Assembly: GCA_963712115.1 (NCBI GenBank)
Contig: CAVQGX010000018.1
Span: forward strand, 95,127-159,126
Direction of reading: 5' to 3'
DNA: 64,000 nt
DNA from: an uncultured delta proteobacterium
Lineage (GTDB): Bacteria > Desulfobacterota > Syntrophobacteria > BM002
The position numbers were made by a program, and so were the translations under genes. Position 1 is the first letter of the stretch; every line of letters starts with the position of its first letter. Under the pieces are notes generated by a model. That model ran no database searches, had not been told where the DNA came from, and saw only the letters and a program-made list of their open reading frames with translations. This document shows, in pieces, positions 9,982-18,635 of this stretch.

Positions 9982-10171
9982 CCCGGATATTTCATGAATT
10001 GTCGTCGGGAGACCGTGAAGATGGACGGGCCACCGGGCAACCGCCCGCAGTACCGCGAGATTGGACCCGAGGCGTACTTGAATAGTACGTCGCAGGGTCC
10101 GACAACCGAGGACGCCCGGAAGGACGGTCATATCCACGGGCGCAGCAGGCGATTCATGAAATATCCGGGTG
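9979..10171 (+). mobile_element. MITE family A, copy 1
   Basis: TIR CCCGGATATTTCATGAAT...ATTCATGAAATATCCGGG; homologous copies at 27032, 43138 and 56625. Confidence 0.8.
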
Positions 10172-10185
10172 AAAGGAGGGTTCCC

Positions 10186-10761
10186 ATGGAATGTCCATTT
10201 TGCGGCGAAAGTAACACCGGAGTTATCGACTCCCGGCCAACTAAAGATAACAGCTCCATTCGGCGGCGTCGCCAATGTCTGGCCTGTGCCGGCAGATTCA
10301 CCACTTATGAAGCCACTCCCAACCAGTTGATGCTCCTCTTGATGAAAACCCACGGGGGCAAGGGTGGGAGCATAAAGAGTTCCGATGCAGTGCTGTCATT
10401 TATGTCAGAAGCCCTGAAGGGCTTGTCTGTAGAGTGCGAGAGACTCATCGGGGGGGTGGCCAAGTTCGAGCCAGCCAAGAGGGTTGAAAGAAAGACTAGG
10501 GCCAAAGCCAAAAAAAAGGCTCCGGTCAAAAAGAAGGTTCCGGCCAAAAAAACTGTTGCCCCCAGGCGGAAAAGGGCCAAGAAACTGAGTGACACAGACA
10601 AGGTACTGCGGGTAATAAGAGGTCACAAAAAGGGCGTAGATATCCCCAAATTAAAGAAAAAGACGGGTTTCGCCGACAACAAGGTTAGAGCAATCGTCTA
10701 CAGGGCGAGTAAAGAAGGAAAAATCAAGAGGCTAGGCAGAGGGGTTTATGGCTCCAATTAG
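10186..10761 (+). CDS. NrdR-type zinc ribbon fused to Lys/Ala/Pro-rich linker and probable winged helix (no ATP-cone)
   Basis: AAGGAGG RBS before ATG 10186; [26 protein letters not shown]; [14 protein letters not shown]; C-terminal [24 protein letters not shown]. Confidence 0.75.
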   Translation: MECPFCGESNTGVIDSRPTKDNSSIRRRRQCLACAGRFTTYEATPNQLMLLLMKTHGGKGGSIKSSDAVLSFMSEALKGLSVECERLIGGVAKFEPAKRVERKTRAKAKKKAPVKKKVPAKKTVAPRRKRAKKLSDTDKVLRVIRGHKKGVDIPKLKKKTGFADNKVRAIVYRASKEGKIKRLGRGVYGSN

Positions 10762-10807
10762 GGGCATATTATTGCACCTAAACTGATCTGAACTGGTAAT
10801 TAGAAGG

Positions 10808-10990
10808 TTGAAATCCCAAATCCCAAGCACGAAATTCCAAACAAATTCAAATTACCAAAGCACAAAATGCTAAACCAAAAGAACGCGCTAGCGAATAGCA
10901 TTGGATAGCATGTGAGCGAGTCTAGTTTTGAACATTTGATATTTGAAATTTGGATTTGTTTCGGATTTAGATATTCGATATTAGGATTTG
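10808..10990. repeat. Long imperfect inverted repeat built from 7-mers, between convergent genes
   Basis: aaatcccaaatcccaagcacgaaattccaaacaaattcaaa pairs with tttggatttgtttcggatttagatattcgatattaggattt. Confidence 0.7.
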
Positions 10991-11034
10991 CTGGAGACAA
11001 ATTTGCTGTTTGTTGTTTCCCTTAGAAGATAATC

Positions 11035-12819
11035 TTAGAAGATAACTCTGACCCCTCCCAGATCTTTGATGGAAAAGTTGTGCTTCTCCTCAGGGGCACC
11101 GATAAAGATATTATTTGCAGGCACTCCAAATTCCTTGGACACTGCATCTATAATCTCTGGACCAAATTTACCCTCCCGCGCTACAAACTTTATTCTCAAC
11201 ATGGGGTAGATTTCCTCTAACGCCTCCAGGCTGCGTTTAACTGCCTCTTCTTCACTTTGTCCAGGATTTGAATAAAGATGGAAAACCACCACCGAGCGGC
11301 TTGATTCGTTGTGAACGATGTATTCGAAGGCATCGTGTAGGCGACGTAAATTACCTCCTCTGGTAAAGAGCACAACTCGTTGCTCGGTTAAACCGGTTAT
11401 CAGGTCTATAATAATCGTCCGCCAGACCAAGAACCTGCCCATAAGATTATTTAGTACCTGCAAGATGGTTCTATAAAGCGGAATGCGCAGATACATGAGG
11501 ACAACCAAGCACACCGTGGGGATAAAGTACTGCAGAAAGTAGAGCAAATTTCTGCGGTCAATAAAGACATTGCCAGCTATACCTAAACTGGTCGCCAGAA
11601 TGGCCACCAATATTGTGAGCCAGCCAGCGCGGTAAGTGCGTTTCAGCTCTTTGCGTCTGGTCTTGAGCAAAATATCGCCGATACCGAAAAGGGTCATGAC
11701 TCCGAGAAAGGAGATGGTGTAAACGCCGGCCAGTGAAAGCAAGCTTCCCTTGGTAACCAAGAGAATGGAGGAGCATAGGAGAAAGAAAGTGATAATGATG
11801 CGGTGGCTGGTATTTCTCCGGCTTTTTTTCAAGAAGAATTGAGGCAAACACTGATCCAGGGCCATCCGGTGCACCAGTCCGGTAACTCCCACAAAGCTTG
11901 TTAAAACCGCACCCGAGAGCACCAGGGTGGCATCCACCACAATTATTATTTTGAAGGTCTGGCCAGCCATTAAATGTGCCATTTCAGACAACAAATAATC
12001 TTTGTGACCAACAATTTCGGCTAAGGGCAGGAGGTTTAAGGAAAGGATAGAGGTAATAGGGTTAAATATGGCTACTGCAATAAGCATGTTTCGCAGGGTC
12101 TTGCGAAAGACGCCTACATCCTGCTCCTCAACGAAGTTGGCCGAGCTCTCAAAACCACTTATCCCCAGTAAAGCTGCTGAAAAACCCAGGGAAAGGGCTA
12201 TGAGAAGGTCTTTACCTACAGGGAGGGTGCTGAGGTTTGCCTTGAGTATGTGGAAGTCAGTGGGCAATTTGATGAAGCCGAGGAGGCAGAAGGCTGCCAG
12301 GGTCGACATGTGGAAGATGAAGATGGTAAGGGCCACTACAGCGGATTCGGTAATGCCGATGATGGCCAAGGTGGCGAATATTGCAAGAATAATAATGGTA
12401 ACTTCCATGACACCCAAGCCGGGGAATATGGTGTGAAGGTATTCGGCAGCCGTTTTGGATGAGATTACTGCTGTGGCGATGTAGGAGAGAATAGTCATAC
12501 ATGCTGCCAGAGCTGCAGCGAATTTGGAAGTGCAGTTGAGCAGGCAGTTGTAGGTGCCTCCGTTCAAGGGGAGGGCTTCTACAACCTCGGTATAGACCTT
12601 TTTGTAGAGGTAGAGGACCCCAACAACCATGAGCAGCACCAGTGGAGCCAAAACGCCCGCGTAGACAGCGGCAATGGCAGATACATAGAGACAGGAAGAT
12701 GTGATGTCATTACCGCATATTCCTGTGGCCAGCCACTGGTTCAGTCTCTTGTGGGGCGCAGTTCCGGCGAAGAGCTCTGTTGGGGTTGAAGGGGATGCGG
12801 TCTTTTTATTGTTTTCCAA
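11035..12819 (-). CDS. APC-family amino acid permease with C-terminal cytoplasmic domain
   Basis: About 12 TM; GNDITSSCLY, LPLNGGTY, GISGFESSANFVEEQ. Confidence 0.85.
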   Translation of the reverse strand: MENNKKTASPSTPTELFAGTAPHKRLNQWLATGICGNDITSSCLYVSAIAAVYAGVLAPLVLLMVVGVLYLYKKVYTEVVEALPLNGGTYNCLLNCTSKFAAALAACMTILSYIATAVISSKTAAEYLHTIFPGLGVMEVTIIILAIFATLAIIGITESAVVALTIFIFHMSTLAAFCLLGFIKLPTDFHILKANLSTLPVGKDLLIALSLGFSAALLGISGFESSANFVEEQDVGVFRKTLRNMLIAVAIFNPITSILSLNLLPLAEIVGHKDYLLSEMAHLMAGQTFKIIIVVDATLVLSGAVLTSFVGVTGLVHRMALDQCLPQFFLKKSRRNTSHRIIITFFLLCSSILLVTKGSLLSLAGVYTISFLGVMTLFGIGDILLKTRRKELKRTYRAGWLTILVAILATSLGIAGNVFIDRRNLLYFLQYFIPTVCLVVLMYLRIPLYRTILQVLNNLMGRFLVWRTIIIDLITGLTEQRVVLFTRGGNLRRLHDAFEYIVHNESSRSVVVFHLYSNPGQSEEEAVKRSLEALEEIYPMLRIKFVAREGKFGPEIIDAVSKEFGVPANNIFIGAPEEKHNFSIKDLGGVRVIF

Positions 12820-13186
12820 AATCCGTATTGTTCTCCCTGGGAAATGAATAGATTACACGGGCAAATATCTTATAGTAACTAATCTCGTCTGTCTAGCACC
12901 TGGGGCTATAATGCTGAGCTGTATATTAACTATCTAAAATAATTTAACTTTACTTAATAACATTATAAAGACTTCGTCTGATTTCTTGAGGCAATCAGCA
13001 AACAAGAAAAGTACTTATAACCCATATCAAACCAGAGATCAAAGCCGGGTTATATGCAACCCATGTCCTCTGCTGCCATCAACTGCTCTGCATTTTGCAA
13101 TTATTCTATTGTAATTTAAAGGTGTTATGGGTTAGGGTTAGACTGTAATCAGACCAAGACTTCAAATCAGGGGCTGAAGGCACACA

Positions 13187-14935
13187 ATGAGATTACCAGA
13201 AGGCCTTCAGATAACCAACTTGCTTAAGAGATGGCGGCTTGAGGAGCACCTCACTCTGTATCTCCTTGCCATTGCTGTGGGCATACTGGGTGGCTATGGA
13301 GCCATTCTGTTCCGGCTACTAATAAAAGGTTTTCAGTTAATATTCTACCAAAACAGTAGCGACTTTCTTTCCTTTGCCCACAAAGTCCCATTTTATTTGA
13401 AAGTTCTTATCCCAGCCATAGGGGGATTGCTTGTAGGGCTCATCGTCCGCTGGGGTACTGAAAAGGCAAGGGGTCACGGAGTCCCGGAACTCATCGAGGC
13501 CGTGGTTCTCAGGGGGGGAAGGATTTCCTGGCGGACGGCTGCAGCGAGGGTGTCTGCCGCGGCTGTCACTATAGGTTCAGGCGGATCCGTGGGTCGAGAG
13601 GGGCCGATCATACATATAGGTTCATTCTTAGGTTCTGCCGTGGCCCAACTTATGCGCTTGACCAGGGACAGGGAACGTATTTTGATGAGCTGTGGCGCTG
13701 CAGCGGGAATAAGCGCTACCTTTCATGCCCCCATTGCCGGCATGCTCTTTGCCGTAGAGGTGCTTCTGGGAGACTTTTCCCTGGGGACTTTCTCTCCAAT
13801 AATTCTGGCCTCTGTCACGGCGGCAGTGATTTCCGGCTTTCATTTGGGAGACTTTCCAGCCTTTATAGCACCTTCTTTCCAAATAGTTTCTTTCTGGGAA
13901 TATGCTCTCTATCCCCTGCTAGGTATTTTGTGTGGTCTGGTAGCAGTGGGGTTTACCACAAGTCTATATTTCTGCGAGGATCGCTTCAGTAATCTACCCG
14001 TGCCTGCCTGGGTGAGACCCGCTATAGGTGGCATGTTGTTAGGTTCCATGTTGCTGGTAATACCGGAGGTTTTTGGTGTGGGGTACGGCGCAATAAATAA
14101 TGCCCTGATGAACAAAATGTCCCTCGCTCTAATGGGAGCTCTTATCTTTGGCAAAATCTTGGCAACCTCTGTTAGCCTGGGGTCAGGATCGACCGGCGGC
14201 ATCCTGGCACCTTCCCTTTTTGTTGGTGTCATGACCGGCGGGACCTTCGGCTGGTTGGTAGGAGAAGTGTTGCCAGAGCTTTCTGCAGTAAGTAACTATG
14301 CTCTGGTCGGCATGGGTGCGCTATTGGCTGGCACTACTCATGCGCCGGTGACAGCGATCCTGCTGATTTTTGAACTGTCAGGCAGCTATCACATTGTTCT
14401 GCCTCTGTTGATGGCTTGTATCCTCAGCACTATAACCGCCTCATTATTGAAGCGCGGGTCCATCTATAGTCTCAAGCTTTTGCGGCGGGGAGTTGAAATT
14501 TCCCATGGGCGAGAGCAAACGATCCTAAAAACCATTACGGTAAGAGATGTTATGGTTAGCGATGTTAAAAGCGTACTGGAGTCTGCTCCAATGGTAAAGG
14601 TGGTGGACCTCTTCAGAAAATTTAATTTATCTTGCCTCTCAGTGGTAAACCACAAGGGTGAGCTGCTGGGGATGATATCCTTCCATGATATCGCAGGTGC
14701 CGCTTCAGAGGAGGAGATGTCACATCTGCTCATAGCCAGAGATATGGCTGACACAGAGGTTGACACGGTAGTTCCCACTGACACCCTTGATAAGGTTCTG
14801 GAGAAAATGGAGGCGGAAAAGGTGGGCCAGCTGCCTGTGGTGGCAGAGGACGGCTCAGGAAAACTCATGGGGTTAGTGGTGGAGAGAGACGTGGTTAATG
14901 CTTACGAGAGTGAGTTGCGACTGCGATGGTTATGA
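13187..14935 (+). CDS. ClC chloride channel/antiporter with CBS pair
   Basis: GHGVPE, GGSVGREGP (gating Glu), GAAAGISATFHAP, GGILAP, SIY, two CBS domains. Confidence 0.92.
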   Translation: MRLPEGLQITNLLKRWRLEEHLTLYLLAIAVGILGGYGAILFRLLIKGFQLIFYQNSSDFLSFAHKVPFYLKVLIPAIGGLLVGLIVRWGTEKARGHGVPELIEAVVLRGGRISWRTAAARVSAAAVTIGSGGSVGREGPIIHIGSFLGSAVAQLMRLTRDRERILMSCGAAAGISATFHAPIAGMLFAVEVLLGDFSLGTFSPIILASVTAAVISGFHLGDFPAFIAPSFQIVSFWEYALYPLLGILCGLVAVGFTTSLYFCEDRFSNLPVPAWVRPAIGGMLLGSMLLVIPEVFGVGYGAINNALMNKMSLALMGALIFGKILATSVSLGSGSTGGILAPSLFVGVMTGGTFGWLVGEVLPELSAVSNYALVGMGALLAGTTHAPVTAILLIFELSGSYHIVLPLLMACILSTITASLLKRGSIYSLKLLRRGVEISHGREQTILKTITVRDVMVSDVKSVLESAPMVKVVDLFRKFNLSCLSVVNHKGELLGMISFHDIAGAASEEEMSHLLIARDMADTEVDTVVPTDTLDKVLEKMEAEKVGQLPVVAEDGSGKLMGLVVERDVVNAYESELRLRWL

Positions 14936-14937
14936 AA

Positions 14938-15160
14938 AGGCAGCTGGCAGCGGACAGCCTGCAGCAGGCAGCGATAGGACAGGGGACAGAAGTCGGAAGT
15001 CAGAGGTCGGAGGTCGGAAGACAGAGGACAGATTTTTCTGATGGGTGCAGCTTTCCCCGCCCGCCTCGCCTGAGCGCGCCTCAGGCGGACGATGGCTGGC
15101 AGGCAGCCGCTATCATGAAAGACAAAGCTGGCAGCTGAAGGCTGATAGCTGAAAGCTCAA
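14938..15160. repeat. 7-mer arrays with a central palindrome
   Basis: ggcagct/ggcagcg, cagaagt/cggaagt/cagaggt, ctgaagg/ctgatag/ctgaaag; cgcctgagcgcgcctcaggcg. Confidence 0.55.
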
Positions 15161-15167
15161 AAAACAA

Positions 15168-16271
15168 ATGACCGATTACCGCGACATATTGGACAGCATA
15201 GACCGAGGTATTGTCACCCTAGATCTTCAGGGTAAGATTACCTCCTGTAACCGAGCCCTGGAAGAAATACTGGAAGTGGAGGCAAAGACGATTGTCGGTC
15301 ATTCTCTGGAAGAGGCCTTTAGAAGGGAAGATCCTTTTTACCAGTTGTTGCAAGAATCTATTCAAGAAGAACCACTTCTCCAGGACAGGGACCTGGCTTA
15401 TACCAGCAAAAAAGGCAGGATCAAACCGCTGCGGGTTACAGCCTTTCCCCTCAAGAAGAAAACAGGAGAAAGGGTAGGGGGAATTTTGCTGGTAAAAGAC
15501 ATGACCGAAATTCGCAAGTTGGAAGAGAGAGTCCAGCGGGCCTCAAGGCTTGCAGCCTTGGGTCAACTGACCCAGCGACTTGTCCATGAAATTCGCAACC
15601 CACTGAGCGCTATGGATATCAATCTCCAGCTCCTACAGGAACGTCTGGGGTCCCGCAGCGAGGATCCTGAGATTGGCAGGTATTTGGAGATTATAAGTAC
15701 GGAAACTAGGAGGCTCAATGAAGTACTGCGTAACGCCCAGGTTTTCTCCAAGCCAGAATCGCCGGATCTGGAGACAGTTGACCTTCACCAGATAATTGAC
15801 CAGGTGTTATTCCTCATAAAGGAAGAAGCGTTTCGCAAAAAAATTGAGATCTCCGAGAGCTTGCGGGCCAAGCATAATATGGTCAAGGCTGACCCTGATC
15901 AGATGAAGCAGGTTTTCCTCAACCTTTTCAAGAACAGCATCGAGGCGATGAGCGAGGGTGGTAAATTCGAGGTGCTTTCAAGAAATGATGTCCAGGGCAA
16001 AATCATTGGAGTAGAACTGGTGGATACGGGGAGCGGCATCCCCATGGCCAACCTGCAGCGCGTCTTTGACCCGTACTTTACAACCAAGAAAAAAGGCACC
16101 GGTCTAGGGCTCAGTATTGTCCACAATATTATTGCCCAGCATGGCGGAACCATTGATGTAACCAGCTGGCTGGGCGAGGGGACGATTTTTAGCATAATAC
16201 TGCCCCTTGCGTCAGGTGAGAAAGAAAACAATGGAGATGCAAAGACCAAGAATCCTGATCGTAGACGATGA
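15168..16271 (+). CDS. Cytoplasmic PAS histidine kinase
   Basis: PAS, HEIRNPL H-box, N box, DTGSGI, FDPYFTTK, GTGLGL; no TM segment. Confidence 0.92.
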   Translation: MTDYRDILDSIDRGIVTLDLQGKITSCNRALEEILEVEAKTIVGHSLEEAFRREDPFYQLLQESIQEEPLLQDRDLAYTSKKGRIKPLRVTAFPLKKKTGERVGGILLVKDMTEIRKLEERVQRASRLAALGQLTQRLVHEIRNPLSAMDINLQLLQERLGSRSEDPEIGRYLEIISTETRRLNEVLRNAQVFSKPESPDLETVDLHQIIDQVLFLIKEEAFRKKIEISESLRAKHNMVKADPDQMKQVFLNLFKNSIEAMSEGGKFEVLSRNDVQGKIIGVELVDTGSGIPMANLQRVFDPYFTTKKKGTGLGLSIVHNIIAQHGGTIDVTSWLGEGTIFSIILPLASGEKENNGDAKTKNPDRRR

Positions 16272-17589
16272 GCCCAACATACGCCAAGGTCTTGCAGAGG
16301 CCCTCGACGATCAGGGCTATGAGATTGAACAGGCCGCGAGCGGTGAGGCCGCCTTGGAAATTATCAGGTTGAAGCCCTTTGACCTCGTGCTGATTGATCT
16401 GGTCATGGAGGAGATGGACGGCATAGAGGTCTTGCGGGAGATCAATAAGGAATGGCCTCAGACTGAGGTGGTGATCATCACTGCCCACGGTACCATTGAA
16501 ACGGCGGTTAAGGCTCTCAAGGAGGGTGCATACGATTATCTTACTAAGCCGATTAATGTGAAACGGTTCCGCTCCTATATACACAACATCCTGCGAGCCC
16601 AAGAGTTACAGGAGGAAAATAGGCGGCTAAGAGAACAACTTCGTACTGAGCAAGACTACAGCCAGATCATCGGCCGAAGTGAAAAGCTTCTTACCATGCT
16701 GGAGATGATAGACCAACTGGCGCCAACTGATGTCACCATTCTTATCGAAGGGGAGAGCGGCACTGGTAAAGAGCTCGTGGCCCATGCCATCCACCAGAAG
16801 AGCGGGAGAGGGCAAAAGCCTTTCATCTCGGTTAACTGTGGCGCCTTGCCCAGAGAACTTATCGGTAGTGAACTCTTTGGCCACGAGAAAGGCGCTTTTA
16901 CCGGAGCGTCGCAACAGAAACAAGGGAGATTCGAACTGGCTGACCGTGGTACACTTTTTTTGGATGAAATAGCTGAAATGAACCTGGAAGTCCAGGTGAC
17001 ATTATTGAGGATCTTAGAAGAAGGCCGATTTCGTCGGGTCGGAGGCACCCGCGAAGTCAAGGTGAATGTAAGGGTGATTGCCGCTACCAACAAGAGTCTC
17101 AAAGAGCAGGTCAAAGGAGGTAGATTCAGAGAAGATCTCTTCTATCGGTTGAACGTAGTGCGCATGAGTCTTCCACCCTTGCGTGAGAGACAAGAGGATA
17201 TTGAACCCCTGGCGCAGCACTTCTTGGACACTTTCTCAGCCAAGTACCACAAGTCCAATCTCAAGTTTGCCTCAGAGTTAAGCGAAAGACTGGCCCACTA
17301 TCAATGGCCGGGAAATATCCGGGAGTTGAAGAACTGCATCGAGCGGGCCGTAATTCTGACACGCGAACCGGTAATTGGGCTGGATCTGCTTCCCGAAAGG
17401 CTACAGCGAGAATCTGACCTGCCGACAAGGGCAGGAGTTTCTGTGGGCCTGTCCCTGGCTGAGATGGAGAGGGAAATGATTAGCCAGACCTTGGAGCACA
17501 CAGGAGGCCACCGGAAACGCACAGCCGAGATTCTGGGAATAAGCGAAAGGGATCTGTATTACAAACTTAAGAAATATCAGCTCAAATAG
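16231..17589 (+). CDS. NtrC-family sigma54 response regulator
   Basis: REC domain, GESGTGKE, GAFTGA, WPGNIREL, Fis-type HTH. Confidence 0.95.
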   Translation: MEMQRPRILIVDDEPNIRQGLAEALDDQGYEIEQAASGEAALEIIRLKPFDLVLIDLVMEEMDGIEVLREINKEWPQTEVVIITAHGTIETAVKALKEGAYDYLTKPINVKRFRSYIHNILRAQELQEENRRLREQLRTEQDYSQIIGRSEKLLTMLEMIDQLAPTDVTILIEGESGTGKELVAHAIHQKSGRGQKPFISVNCGALPRELIGSELFGHEKGAFTGASQQKQGRFELADRGTLFLDEIAEMNLEVQVTLLRILEEGRFRRVGGTREVKVNVRVIAATNKSLKEQVKGGRFREDLFYRLNVVRMSLPPLRERQEDIEPLAQHFLDTFSAKYHKSNLKFASELSERLAHYQWPGNIRELKNCIERAVILTREPVIGLDLLPERLQRESDLPTRAGVSVGLSLAEMEREMISQTLEHTGGHRKRTAEILGISERDLYYKLKKYQLK

Positions 17590-17783
17590 TAATTAAATTG
17601 AGGGATTAAGGGATTAGAGTATTAAGAAATTAAGATAAGAATTTTGGTCGGCAATCTAGGAAATATTCATTTTTTTAATTCCTACATTTAGACATTTTAG
17701 CTCACTTTAGACAATTTAGGCATTTAAGATACGTAGGGTGGGCACTGCCCAGCGGATTCTTCAAAGCCACAAAGGGTGATTCT

Positions 17784-17892
17784 TCTGCAAAGTTTGCATA
17801 AGCCGAAAGATGCTGATATAACAGTATAAATAAAACCATTACCCCGATCTTCTCAAGCTGACAGAGTGTAAAATCTGCAAAAGTTGCAGATT
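17784..17892. promoter_or_regulatory. Two TCTGCA-N5-TGCA enhancer (UAS) palindromes
   Basis: TCTGCAAAGTTTGCATA (17784-17800) and AATCTGCAAAAGTTGCAGATT (17872-17892). Confidence 0.65.
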
Positions 17893-17986
17893 ATTATTTT
17901 TTTGTCTGTCTTCTCTATGCATAAGCTAGGCTTTTAAGTAATTGAAATTGTTAAATTAAGTCTCCAGTATAAAATAATGTCTTCCT

Positions 17987-18002
17987 TGGCATCGTCCTTG
18001 CT
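17987..18002 (+). promoter_or_regulatory. sigma54 promoter
   Basis: TGGCATCGTCCTTGCT (GG-N10-GC) after an AT-rich tract. Confidence 0.8.
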
Positions 18003-18054
18003 ACAGTGAACTGTGGACTATTTAGGGCAATTTCTGTACTGGAAGGAGAAGATT

Positions 18055-18591
18055 ATGCAGCTTGGACAATTCCTGGACAAGAAACACGTGATTCTGGACA
18101 TTCAGAACCTAGAGGGGCTTGATTGTCTGGAGGAGATCCTTGAGCGAGTTGCCACGGAGGGCTACTTGCGCAACAAGATGAAAGCTCTCGACGAGTTGGT
18201 TGAACGAGAGCAACTAGCCACCACTGCTATCGGAGGCGGTATGGCCATTCCTCATGTGTTCACCGACGAAGCCCGACGCCCTCTCATGATCATGGCAAGA
18301 TCGGTGGAAGGGGTGGCCTTCGAGTCGTTGGATGGCAAACCTGTAAATATTATCTTCGTGGCTATGGCTCCGCGGAAGGACAAGGAACTATTCATTAATA
18401 TTCTCTACCATCTGGTTCGTTTCCTGAAAGTCAAAGAGAACTTCCAAGACATTATGGAAGCGAAGGACATCGATGCTGTGCTGGAGGTCATTGCCCGGGC
18501 AAAGGACAACCTGTTGTCTGAGAAACTGAAGCGATTGGTCAAGGATGAGGTCTATCCTTACCGTGTACCCGGAACTGGTATTTCAGGTTAA
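18055..18591 (+). CDS. PTS EIIA (Ntr/fructose-type) domain protein
   Basis: EREQLATTAIGGGMAIPH phospho-His motif, FESLDGKPV; AAGGAG RBS before ATG 18055. Confidence 0.88.
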   Translation: MQLGQFLDKKHVILDIQNLEGLDCLEEILERVATEGYLRNKMKALDELVEREQLATTAIGGGMAIPHVFTDEARRPLMIMARSVEGVAFESLDGKPVNIIFVAMAPRKDKELFINILYHLVRFLKVKENFQDIMEAKDIDAVLEVIARAKDNLLSEKLKRLVKDEVYPYRVPGTGISG

Positions 18592-18635
18592 AACTGAGCT
18601 ACGAGATCTGCTAGTTAGAAGAGGATCGACTGTTG

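Noticed and set aside
9994-10185. 64-aa N-terminal extension of the NrdR-like ORF
   Set aside because: It is translated MITE sequence; the strong RBS precedes ATG 10186
10186-10761. Calling this gene nrdR
   Set aside because: No ATP-cone; only the zinc ribbon matches
12820-13186. Fluoride riboswitch upstream of ClC
   Set aside because: No match to the consensus seen, and neither ClC has CLC-F signature motifs
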